Part shown: in pieces, positions 25,338-33,054 of the stretch
Layout of the letters: each line of letters begins with the position of its first letter
Numbering within the stretch: the first letter of the stretch is position 1
Source: a virus
Lineage: Duplodnaviria; Caudoviricetes
DNA length: 64,000 nt
Virus record (IMG/VR): IMGVR_UViG_3300020308_000002
Location: 10,576-74,575 of that record
Direction: 5' to 3' (one strand)
Notes under the pieces: generated by a model
Told to the model about the DNA's origin: nothing
The model's input: the letters and a program-made list of their open reading frames with translations, nothing else
Databases searched by the model: none
Translations under genes and position numbers: made by a program

Positions 25338-25872
25338 AAATCAAAAAGAAGTCGACGAGTTTCTCGACCGTCAACGTGAACGCCAAGCATCTGATGGTAA
25401 CTTTGCTACAGCTAAAAGAACCTTGGCACAAAGGAAAAAGAACAAGTTTGTTATATGTAAAATAGATTCCAGATTATCTAGGAAAGGTTGGGTCTCTTAC
25501 AACCTTGAGATACGTAAAGGTAGTACCAGAGGTCACACAGTCGCTTGGGTAGACCAAGCTGGTGAAGGCGGTGCTGAGCATGTGTATGGTCACGCCAATA
25601 AAGAAGTACTGACAGAGATAGAAAATTTTATCTGGGACAATTGCATCCTTGATTACGTCAGATACAGAGCAGAAAATCATACAGGATTAGATATCCATAG
25701 TATTGATCCGACAGACAAAGACTTACTTCGATACCTTGCTCCTTACAAAAGAGCTTGGCTAGATAGAGATACAGATAAGTGCGAAATATACGACGGTCTT
25801 ATTGGTTGGTGGGCAACATGGGTAGCAGAAAACCAATACTACGCAAAGAAAAATAGATACGTTAAGAAATAA
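25300..25872 (+). CDS. Hypothetical protein
   Basis: MKVTTSKTK... ATG 25300; contains VAWVDQAGEGG. Confidence 0.7.
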   Translation: MKVTTSKTKTPLENQKEVDEFLDRQRERQASDGNFATAKRTLAQRKKNKFVICKIDSRLSRKGWVSYNLEIRKGSTRGHTVAWVDQAGEGGAEHVYGHANKEVLTEIENFIWDNCILDYVRYRAENHTGLDIHSIDPTDKDLLRYLAPYKRAWLDRDTDKCEIYDGLIGWWATWVAENQYYAKKNRYVKK

Positions 25873-26178
25873 ATGTGGAACAATTACTTGGTCTTTCGCA
25901 CGAAAAATCTTTCTTTTTTACAAAAAATGACTATCCCTTTTGAATACCTCCTCGAGGCTTACGTGAAACATCAGATTCGTCGGATGGGTTCAGGTGAGAT
26001 AAAAGCTCTCCTCACTTCTTACATGATTGAAGACAACAAAGGTGGCTTAGATAAGGTTGCAACAGAATCCAATCTAAAAGATGAAATTATTGAAAGATAT
26101 GACATCGAAACTTTAGATAAGATCCTTGCGGAATCAGAATCTTTGATGAACGAAGACAAAATGTTTGCTACTGATTAA
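25873..26178 (+). CDS. Hypothetical protein
   Basis: 101 aa; start may be the internal MTIPFEY. Confidence 0.6.
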   Translation: MWNNYLVFRTKNLSFLQKMTIPFEYLLEAYVKHQIRRMGSGEIKALLTSYMIEDNKGGLDKVATESNLKDEIIERYDIETLDKILAESESLMNEDKMFATD

Positions 26179-26429
26179 TGCAGTTACTCCACGCCTTGTT
26201 CAAAGCAACAACGAACGACAATCTTCCACTACCTACAGCACTCTCTTTGACTAGAGGAGAGTGTTACAGGTATTGGTCAAAACTAAAAAATACGACCGAT
26301 CCCAAACAAGTTGCAGCAACTGTGGCTGAACTTAATAAAAGGACTGGTCGTATTGGAAAAGATCCGTGGAACCTTAGACAATGGACTCAAATTCTAGAGT
26401 CCCACTTGTATAGGAAAGGATTAATTTAA
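26178..26429 (+). CDS. Hypothetical protein
   Basis: TAATG coupling. Confidence 0.6.
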   Translation: MQLLHALFKATTNDNLPLPTALSLTRGECYRYWSKLKNTTDPKQVAATVAELNKRTGRIGKDPWNLRQWTQILESHLYRKGLI

Positions 26430-26433
26430 ACGC

Positions 26434-26529
26434 TTATACGTAAGCGATCTTTCTAACTGGCTTAACGTAACTCTTACCTCTGTAAGTAAGAACAACACTT
26501 TTTGTCTTGTTAGATGTAGCTGTAGCCAT
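26434..26529 (-). CDS. 31-aa YRG peptide (DUF4278 / glutamine synthetase inactivating factor-like): MATATSNKTKSVVLTYRGKSYVKPVRKIAYV
   Basis: Translated by hand; LTYRGKSY signature; GGAG SD; directly downstream of the riboswitch. Confidence 0.85.
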   Translation of the reverse strand: MATATSNKTKSVVLTYRGKSYVKPVRKIAYV

Positions 26530-26544
26530 GGTTTTTCTCCATAA

Positions 26545-26593
26545 CAACACCCCCGTCATATGGTGCTGGTGATTGCGACCAAATGGTCTGACG
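26545..26593 (-). ncRNA. Glutamine-II (Downstream-peptide) riboswitch
   Basis: Minus strand CGUCA-GACC-AUUU-GGUC-GCAA-UCAC-CAGCACC-AUA-UGACG-GG-GGUGUUG: P1 CGUCA/UGACG, P2 GACC/GGUC, pseudoknot CAGCACC/GGUGUUG. Confidence 0.85.
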
Positions 26594-26616
26594 ATTTGAT
26601 TTCATCATAACATTCG

Positions 26617-26630
26617 GTATAAACAGATAC
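26617..26630 (-). promoter_or_regulatory. NtcA-binding site (GTA-N8-TAC), 7 nt upstream of a TATGAT -10 box (26604-26609)
   Basis: GTATAAACAGATAC; a second GTATCA-CCT-TGATAC palindrome at 26632-26646. Confidence 0.7.
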
Positions 26631-26677
26631 TGTATCACCTTGATACGGTTTTCATGATCTTAATATTTTGATGTGAA

Positions 26678-27028
26678 TTGAAGAGTATAGCCACGCCTTT
26701 CGGGAAAAAGATGACACCTTTTAGGTTCCGTATTAAACTGAAAAGCCAGGAGAAAATAATGATTAGTGGAGTAAAAGATCAGTGGGGTCAGCTAAGAAAA
26801 AGAGCAGTCTTGGTTGACCGATTAAACAAGAAATGTTTAGACGCAAATTGGAGACCACTCTTATCTGAATCAGAACTAGAGGATGCAAATCATCGTTTAG
26901 ATGAGGCATATAGCATTTGGCAGTGGCGTTGGACTGGTAATTCAGTTAACCTTGCGGGTACTATTAATCTCGCAGAAGAATCGAAAAATGCTCAGTTGCA
27001 ATTCAGCACTGGTTGCTATAGCGTCTGA
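26678..27028 (+). CDS. Hypothetical protein
   Basis: Start uncertain; tail overlaps the next gene. Confidence 0.5.
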   Translation: MKSIATPFGKKMTPFRFRIKLKSQEKIMISGVKDQWGQLRKRAVLVDRLNKKCLDANWRPLLSESELEDANHRLDEAYSIWQWRWTGNSVNLAGTINLAEESKNAQLQFSTGCYSV

Positions 27029-27611
27029 ATTTGTAGGCACGTTCGCACCATACCAATCAATACAATTACATCCAGATAAAGAAGGTGGAGTATGGATAGC
27101 TTCTACCGATAAAGGTAACTGTGCTTGTATAGCTTATGACAGGGGTGGTCATGGCGACAGACCATATTATTTGTTGCCTAACTCAGAATTAATTAAATCA
27201 TGTAGAGGTATCAAAACAGCGACCAGAACATTAGTTGTAGACGGCTCATTAGGCAAGATAACTACTTACAGGAAAAACAGTTCAGAAACAAAAGAATTAC
27301 CTATTAATGAAAGTTCTAGTGACTTTCCTAATTTACCAGGTGCTATTAAAGAGTGTTTGGAATACTGGGAATCTAAGAAAGACCAGACTGCATCAGCAGG
27401 GAGATACAGTTCTTCTTATCTTCAACGAGCCATTAAAGGTCTGACTTCCCTCAATTCATCGGTAACCTTACACTCCTATACAGGAGGTCCTTTAAGAATA
27501 CAAGAAGCATCTGGAGATATAACAATCCTATGTATGCCTCAAACAGCGGAGCCCATACCTGAAGTTCCCGAGTGGCTTAAAAAATATTCACAATTAAAAC
27601 CACATATATAG
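26988..27611 (+). CDS. DNA polymerase III beta-clamp-like protein (two domains)
   Basis: IASTDKG ~ vATDGhR, SDFPNL ~ FPdy, RYSSSYL ~ fN..YL, and PLRIQ...ITILCMP ~ P..i...limP. Confidence 0.55.
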   Translation: MLSCNSALVAIASEFVGTFAPYQSIQLHPDKEGGVWIASTDKGNCACIAYDRGGHGDRPYYLLPNSELIKSCRGIKTATRTLVVDGSLGKITTYRKNSSETKELPINESSSDFPNLPGAIKECLEYWESKKDQTASAGRYSSSYLQRAIKGLTSLNSSVTLHSYTGGPLRIQEASGDITILCMPQTAEPIPEVPEWLKKYSQLKPHI

Positions 27612-27674
27612 TGTTAAAAATACTTGCACACACCATATAGAGAGTTATTCTAGATTGCCCCTCGCATATTAGTT

Positions 27675-28382
27675 TTGACTACTGCAGTTTTTACTGCACG
27701 TTTAGATACAACACCTCATCAAGTTGTGGTCAATGGAAAAGAGCAGCTTCAAGCACATGCTTCTATAAATATTGCCACCCAAGAGTCACTGCCCATTGTT
27801 GTACGAGCGTGGATATCAAGCAAAGGAACAGGACCAGCTCCTCGACTGCAAGCTAAAAATAAAGAAGATTTAGTCTTAATTTCAGGAAATCTTCAACTAG
27901 GAGACAAAGGTACTGATGAGGATGGTTGCCTCATTATGAATCTTGCCACCATATGTGACGCAACCCAAGATCAATTTATAAATGATGCCACTATTGTTGG
28001 CAGACTTGGTAATGATCCGAAGGCAAGCGACTCAGGCAAGAGTGTCAGTAATTCTATTGCTGTTAATCGTTGGCTCGGTAAGGACAATAAACTCACTGAT
28101 TGGTTCAAGATCAGAGGATGGGGTTACAACGGAGAAAAATTGCAAGAGAAATTTCCAAAAGGTAGCTTAGTAGCCGTCAATGGAATGATCGAAGCAAGAC
28201 GTACACGTCAAGACAAGTTGTATCCAGAATTAAAGATACGCAACTTAACTATCCATGCCAGTGGTAAAGGAGGTAGTGCTCCTGATCCATCTAAGGAAAG
28301 TTCAGCAAGTGGTTACGACCACGATCAATTCACTGGTCAAAGTCCAGTCGGCGACATGCCTCAATCATCTTCTTGGAGTTAA
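27675..28382 (+). CDS. ssb: Single-stranded DNA-binding protein with tandem OB folds
   Basis: ATIVGRLGNDP, SIAVNR, TDWFKIRGWG, and KGSLVAVNG; degenerate first OB fold. Confidence 0.8.
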   Translation: MTTAVFTARLDTTPHQVVVNGKEQLQAHASINIATQESLPIVVRAWISSKGTGPAPRLQAKNKEDLVLISGNLQLGDKGTDEDGCLIMNLATICDATQDQFINDATIVGRLGNDPKASDSGKSVSNSIAVNRWLGKDNKLTDWFKIRGWGYNGEKLQEKFPKGSLVAVNGMIEARRTRQDKLYPELKIRNLTIHASGKGGSAPDPSKESSASGYDHDQFTGQSPVGDMPQSSSWS

Positions 28383-28385
28383 CTC

Positions 28386-29141
28386 ATGGGATTTTTTCCT
28401 CCTGATCACAAATTTGCTGCTGATTCTCCTACGAATTCAAGTAGCGAAAACAACGATAAATTTTATTCACCTGGCAAAGAGTTAGGTGATGGCGACTCTA
28501 ATCACATTATTGTTTGTGGTGGTTATGACACTGGACATGTAATCAGTGGTTATAAATATTTCAAACATGATGGTCAGCCACATACCACTCCTTTTTCTGA
28601 AGGCTATCCCAAGAATTACAAGGATGATATTGGATTGAAATATGACGCTAAATTTATTCGCAAAATTGAATATGGCGAACATAAAGAAGACGACTTGGAT
28701 AAGCCAAAGCAAATTCTTACATTCGTTGGTTACATCAAAGAAAGAAAAGACTTTGTCATCGTTGAATTTAGTACCAGAGGACTACGTACTTCATTAGAAG
28801 AAATTCTTGCAATGGATTCTTACGAAGTAAATGATGAAGGCGTTTACAACTTCATGATGAAGATTGCTCGTAAAGGTGTAGGTACTGACACTGTTTATAC
28901 TTTGACACCAGCTCCATTGAAAGCAGCAGCAAGAACTGCTGTTACTAAGAAGTGGAACGAGATCAAAGACAAATGGTACATACCAGCTTTATATGACAAC
29001 GCTGACCCATTTGCTGGTAAGCCTGCAGAGGCATCTACTCGTGGATTACCTCCAACTCATCGAGATGAACTAGGAGCAGATCACGAAATACCTGCGTTAG
29101 CCACTGCCTCTTCTACTGAGATTGGGAGTGATTGGGTCTAA
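28386..29141 (+). CDS. Putative gp32-like ssDNA-binding/annealing protein
   Basis: KIARKGVGTDTVYTLTP motif, position next to ssb, acidic tail. Confidence 0.4.
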   Translation: MGFFPPDHKFAADSPTNSSSENNDKFYSPGKELGDGDSNHIIVCGGYDTGHVISGYKYFKHDGQPHTTPFSEGYPKNYKDDIGLKYDAKFIRKIEYGEHKEDDLDKPKQILTFVGYIKERKDFVIVEFSTRGLRTSLEEILAMDSYEVNDEGVYNFMMKIARKGVGTDTVYTLTPAPLKAAARTAVTKKWNEIKDKWYIPALYDNADPFAGKPAEASTRGLPPTHRDELGADHEIPALATASSTEIGSDWV

Positions 29142-29218
29142 TGCAAGGATTTATTGTTCTCTTTTGTGTGATCATTTTGATCTACATATTGTTGCGTAAC
29201 ATTCATTGGAATTACTAG
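29141..29218 (+). CDS. Small hydrophobic peptide (25 aa)
   Basis: TAATG coupling; MQGFIVLFCVIILIYILLRNIHWNY. Confidence 0.45.
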   Translation: MQGFIVLFCVIILIYILLRNIHWNY

Positions 29219-29475
29219 TGAATGATTCAGTAGCTCTTGACTCCCTTCGCGCAGCTTCATGCGGGAGGGATGTCAAGCACATCATCGATACTTACGGTGA
29301 ATCCGAATGTAACAAAGCTTGGAAGCAATTAAGCTCTATAGATAGAGCGGCATTGCAATTTGCCAATGCTTTGCAAGGTACAATTATTCACAATTACGAT
29401 CATGACATCCAAGCAGGAGAAGAACGACCACGGATTATTAATCGACCTAGTCAAGGAGACGAAGATAAATGGTGA
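29218..29475 (+). CDS. Hypothetical protein
   Basis: GTG overlapping the previous TAG. Confidence 0.55.
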   Translation: MNDSVALDSLRAASCGRDVKHIIDTYGESECNKAWKQLSSIDRAALQFANALQGTIIHNYDHDIQAGEERPRIINRPSQGDEDKW

Positions 29476-29779
29476 ACATTTAAAAACTATTTCTAAACAA
29501 TTAGCAGATATTTCTTATCTCGTTAATGGTTTCACATCTGGAGGTTCTAGTCTTAACGGCTACCTTCCAGATGCTTCTCTTTTGGCATACCTAAGTGTGA
29601 TAGGTCCAGCTATTGCTCGCCATTTAGATAAGACAACAGGATTAGAAGAGCTACTTAAAGGTGGCGTTGAACTTTCTAAACGATTTACTGAAGAATATGC
29701 AGCTTATCAATCAGAACAGCAACCTAAAGATTTATTAAGTTCATTAGAGTTTCTGACCTCTGAAGGAACTGAAGATTAA
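29402..29779 (+). CDS. Hypothetical protein (MTSKQEKNDHG...)
   Basis: 125 aa. Confidence 0.65.
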   Translation: MTSKQEKNDHGLLIDLVKETKINGEHLKTISKQLADISYLVNGFTSGGSSLNGYLPDASLLAYLSVIGPAIARHLDKTTGLEELLKGGVELSKRFTEEYAAYQSEQQPKDLLSSLEFLTSEGTED

Positions 29780-29783
29780 AACA

Positions 29784-29996
29784 GGGCGGTCATCAGGATT
29801 TAGTCAATCCTAAAATATGCTCTGCCAGTGAGAATACTTCTACTACTCGGTTTTAGTGGTAGGTGGGGTCAAGGAGTAAGACCCTAAGTAGATGAACACA
29901 GCATTATTTGGTTCCCATCGAGGACAGTTGGTATGACCAGGGGGTGAGAGCTCCTGCATTGAGGCCAACTGTAAGAGCATAGATGATGTAAGTCCC
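29784..29996 (+). ncRNA. Multi-stem structured RNA of about 210 nt, probably a manA-motif RNA
   Basis: Outer GGGC..GTCATC/GATGAT..GTCC; TATGCTCT/AGAGCATA; hairpins AGGATT/AATCCT, CTACTACT/AGTGGTAG, GGGTC/GACCC; ACAGTTGG/CCAACTGT enclosing CAGGGG/CTCCTG. Family identity from recollection only. Confidence 0.6.
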
Positions 29997-30045
29997 AGAC
30001 AATTTGTCAGAATTCGTTACATTAAAGGTAGTAATGTAACAATTA

Positions 30046-30888
30046 ATGACGAAACCTACTCGATTTGAGGTGAATGGTGAACGTCATTATGCAACAGATA
30101 GAGCAGATAAATCTTATCCTTCAGTAACAACAATATTAGGTGCGACGTCTTCTGATCGAAGTAAAAAAGCTTTGCTTAATTGGCAGTTAAAGAATCCCAA
30201 TGGCGCGATGCTCGCAGCACAAAGAGGTTCAGCGGTACACCAAGCCTGCGAGGATTATATTCGAGGGAAAGTGATAGAAATAAAAGAAGAATACCTACCA
30301 TTTTGGAATGGGATGTCGGAACATTTAGATAAATATGATGAATTTATTTGGTCAGAAATGCCTCTACGTCCTGAATGGAAATTCTGTACTGGAGAGGATG
30401 GTATTAGCAGAGTTTGGAGTCACAAATATATGTATTGTGGCTGTCCTGATTTACTAGGTGTACGTAATGACACCATCATTATCGGAGACTTTAAAACTTC
30501 TAATCAACCTTACTGTCGCTATTACCCAACTAAAGAAGCAAGTAAAGCAAATAGAGCTTTATTTACAGGTTGGAATAAATTCAACAAGTGTGCAATGCAA
30601 CTAGCAGCTTATGCTCAAGCATGCCAAGAAACACTTGGTGTCACTGTGGGATGTGCAGAGATCATTGTCTCTACTCCAGAGATTAACCAGAGTTTTATTC
30701 TTAACTCAAACGAACTTGCTAAATTCCATACTAAATGGCTGCAAAAGGTTCGCCGTTACCAAGAAATAAAAGAAGAAGAGAGGATAGCGAAACAAATTTT
30801 AAAAGATTCCAGGGATGACTTGGCCTGTAGTGAGATAAGCACCGATAAGAGCAACAAAGCCGATCATTGCCCAGCGACCGTTAGCTAA
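30046..30888 (+). CDS. PD-(D/E)XK exonuclease (Cas4/MGME1-like phage exonuclease)
   Basis: YPSVTTIL, RGSAVH, GCPDLL, IGDFKTS, and QLAAYA. Confidence 0.88.
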   Translation: MTKPTRFEVNGERHYATDRADKSYPSVTTILGATSSDRSKKALLNWQLKNPNGAMLAAQRGSAVHQACEDYIRGKVIEIKEEYLPFWNGMSEHLDKYDEFIWSEMPLRPEWKFCTGEDGISRVWSHKYMYCGCPDLLGVRNDTIIIGDFKTSNQPYCRYYPTKEASKANRALFTGWNKFNKCAMQLAAYAQACQETLGVTVGCAEIIVSTPEINQSFILNSNELAKFHTKWLQKVRRYQEIKEEERIAKQILKDSRDDLACSEISTDKSNKADHCPATVS

Positions 30889-31017
30889 TTCAGCTTCCTG
30901 AACATAGCCTTTATACTCTTCAACCAATTGTGGTTGAGTCTCTCTACCGAAAATATTTTGCTTACCGTATTCAGTAATAGTTGTACTAGCTGCTACGGCT
31001 TGAGTAGAAGAAGTCAT
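30799..31017 (-). CDS. hli: High-light inducible protein (72 aa)
   Basis: AELANGRWAMIGFVALIGAYLTTGQVIPGIF. Confidence 0.95.
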   Translation of the reverse strand: MTSSTQAVAASTTITEYGKQNIFGRETQPQLVEEYKGYVQEAELANGRWAMIGFVALIGAYLTTGQVIPGIF

Positions 31018-31184
31018 TAAACGAAACCTGGAATAATTTGACCTGTTGTTGCGTAAGCTCCAACTAATGCAATACAACCAACTAAAGCTGCATAGCCATT
31101 TAATCTTTCAGCAAAAGCTTTAGTTTCTGTGTCGTAACTAAAACCTTCTTCTAAGATCTCTTCACTTAAAGATTTTTTAGACAT
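31017..31184 (-). CDS. hli: High-light inducible protein (55 aa)
   Basis: AERLNGYAALVG...TGQIIPGFV; TAATG coupling. Confidence 0.93.
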   Translation of the reverse strand: MSKKSLSEEILEEGFSYDTETKAFAERLNGYAALVGCIALVGAYATTGQIIPGFV

Positions 31185-31303
31185 TAAACGATACCTGGGA
31201 TGATGTGACCTGTTGTCAAGTAAGCTCCGCAAAGAAAGACGAAAGCCATCATTGCTGGCCTTCCGATACTTCTTTCGAAAATTGTTTTATTAGATGTTTT
31301 CAT
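31184..31303 (-). CDS. hli: High-light inducible protein, divergent type (39 aa)
   Basis: FERSIGRPAMMAFVFLCGAYLTTGHIIPGIV. Confidence 0.88.
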   Translation of the reverse strand: MKTSNKTIFERSIGRPAMMAFVFLCGAYLTTGHIIPGIV

Positions 31304-31307
31304 TGAT

Positions 31308-31415
31308 TTAAAAGATGCCAGGGATGAGCTGACCTGTAGTTGCGTATGCACCAATGCCTGCAACAACGCCAAGCATTGCTAACCAGCCATTAAACTTCTC
31401 TGCCTCAGGTGTCAT
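31308..31415 (-). CDS. hli: High-light inducible protein (35 aa)
   Basis: MTPEAEKFNGWLAMLGVVAGIGAYATTGQLIPGIF, translated by hand. Confidence 0.95.
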   Translation of the reverse strand: MTPEAEKFNGWLAMLGVVAGIGAYATTGQLIPGIF

Positions 31416-31417
31416 GC

Positions 31418-31435
31418 TTTGTAAAGAATTGTAAC
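31418..31435 (-). promoter_or_regulatory. HLR1 element (RpaB-binding direct repeat)
   Basis: Minus strand GTTACAAT-TC-TTTACAAA is a full match to (G/T)TTACA(T/A)(T/A)-N2 repeated, 2 nt before the first hli ATG. Confidence 0.8.
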
Positions 31436-31535
31436 TTTATTAAGTCTATCGTCACATTTTTCATTTTTTCTTTATATATGGGGTATTAACACCCATTCCT
31501 AATACATTATTTCTTATGTGACTAGTAAGAAATAC

Positions 31536-32129
31536 TTATTGGTTTGAAGAACCACCCATCATTGCTTCAAATTTTGCAATCTCTTCTGTTATAGCTCTGC
31601 TATATTCTTTTTCCTGCTCTGGAGAAAGCCTTGTGAGATGAAATTGCTCGTACTTTATACTTTCTTTCAGAGACTGTGGAGCCCCTTCGATCTTCAGGAT
31701 AAAACCTAAGAAATCATGCGAAATCTGATTCTTAAACATCACTTCATCTAAAGCGTAAAACAACCAAAACAAAGGAATTTTATCTTCATCTTCTATTAAT
31801 CGAGATTGAGATAAAGAATAAACACCTTGAAGATCCAATGCGAATAATCGGAATATTTCTAAATCATCTACTAAATCTTCGCCAAGAAAATCATTTATGT
31901 TTGATACATCGATTTTTTCGGGTTGAATCAATTTCTGATAGTAACACAAGCAAAACAATCCTTTTAACTGTTCATCATCAGGTCTACCATATTTCTTCAA
32001 GCTATTAGCAATGGCAATACACGTCTCCTCTAATGGCACAGTTACTCCTTCTAAAAATTCGAAAGTCAAATCTTTATCAATTAATAAATTGTTCAGAAAA
32101 ATTATGCTTTCGTCTAATTTATTTGTCAT
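31536..32129 (-). CDS. Acidic, AT-rich hypothetical protein
   Basis: 197-aa ORF. Confidence 0.7.
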   Translation of the reverse strand: MTNKLDESIIFLNNLLIDKDLTFEFLEGVTVPLEETCIAIANSLKKYGRPDDEQLKGLFCLCYYQKLIQPEKIDVSNINDFLGEDLVDDLEIFRLFALDLQGVYSLSQSRLIEDEDKIPLFWLFYALDEVMFKNQISHDFLGFILKIEGAPQSLKESIKYEQFHLTRLSPEQEKEYSRAITEEIAKFEAMMGGSSNQ

Positions 32130-32169
32130 AACAACTATAAGGAATAGAAAGAAAGTAATTCACCAGACA

Positions 32170-32769
32170 TCAACAGTCGTGATACCACTCCGCTAGATTT
32201 TCTCCTACTTCACCACCTTTTTTAGCTCCGAAAGCAGTAGCAAAGCCAGATGCAACCCAACCGATAATAGGTATGGAACTAACGGCAGGAGAGATATACT
32301 GAGTAGTTGCTGCAGCGCCAATCGCAGCCCCTGTTCCTTGACCTGCTCCAGATTTTTTGATGCAGGCGATTTGTTCTGCAGTAAGTTTTCCGTCTCCTGT
32401 TCCTTTGGTTTGAAAGATACCTGGTCCCATCATGTGCTGATGACCCTCCATTGTGTATTGCTCAAACTTGTAGATTTTCTTATCCTTGCTGGTACCACCA
32501 AACAAGCCAGTTTTGCCAGGGATAATAACATCCTCCCTCATCTCCATGACTTTCGGATCATTCATTCGATGCGTGATACTGTAACCATCTTTACTAGCAT
32601 CGATCGTGTACTGACTGTATTGTCCGACAGGTAGATCAAATTTAGGAAGTCCTGCTTCTTTGTTAGCAATTAAACTAATCATCCAAAGGTGAGACAGTCC
32701 AAAGGTTCCTGCAACTGCAATGACTGCGGTTTTTTGTAACCAATTATTATTTGTCAACGACATAATCAA
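32170..32769 (-). CDS. Cyanophage-type membrane protein
   Basis: N-terminal TM, GYSI..NDPKV, and a C-terminal Gly-zipper (SIPIIGWVASGF). Confidence 0.7.
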   Translation of the reverse strand: MIMSLTNNNWLQKTAVIAVAGTFGLSHLWMISLIANKEAGLPKFDLPVGQYSQYTIDASKDGYSITHRMNDPKVMEMREDVIIPGKTGLFGGTSKDKKIYKFEQYTMEGHQHMMGPGIFQTKGTGDGKLTAEQIACIKKSGAGQGTGAAIGAAATTQYISPAVSSIPIIGWVASGFATAFGAKKGGEVGENLAEWYHDC

Positions 32770-32838
32770 AAGTACTTTAAATAGATTTTAGAATAAGAAA
32801 GTTAATTTGCAATTCCCGAAATAAACGGCATACTCTTT

Positions 32839-33054
32839 ATGCATGGTTTTAGACGAGAAACAGAAGTGCCTACTATCCCTGAACTGATCTTAACGACACC
32901 ACTCGGCGGAACAGTCCATACCTATCCAATTACTGGAGGTAAGACAACTTTTGTTCGCCACCTTGCATGTTACTTAGGATCCTGTCGATTCTGTAACGAC
33001 TTAGAAGAAGCAACTAATCATTTAAAACAGGTAGAACCAATTGAAGAAAATTGA
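32839..33054 (+). CDS. Hypothetical protein
   Basis: 71 aa; overlaps the primase start. Confidence 0.55.
   Translation: MHGFRRETEVPTIPELILTTPLGGTVHTYPITGGKTTFVRHLACYLGSCRFCNDLEEATNHLKQVEPIEEN

Noticed and set aside
30046-30888. Cas4 / CRISPR adaptation gene
   Set aside because: It is a PD-(D/E)XK phage exonuclease in a replication context; no Cas4 four-Cys cluster pattern recognised, and no cas1/cas2 or array
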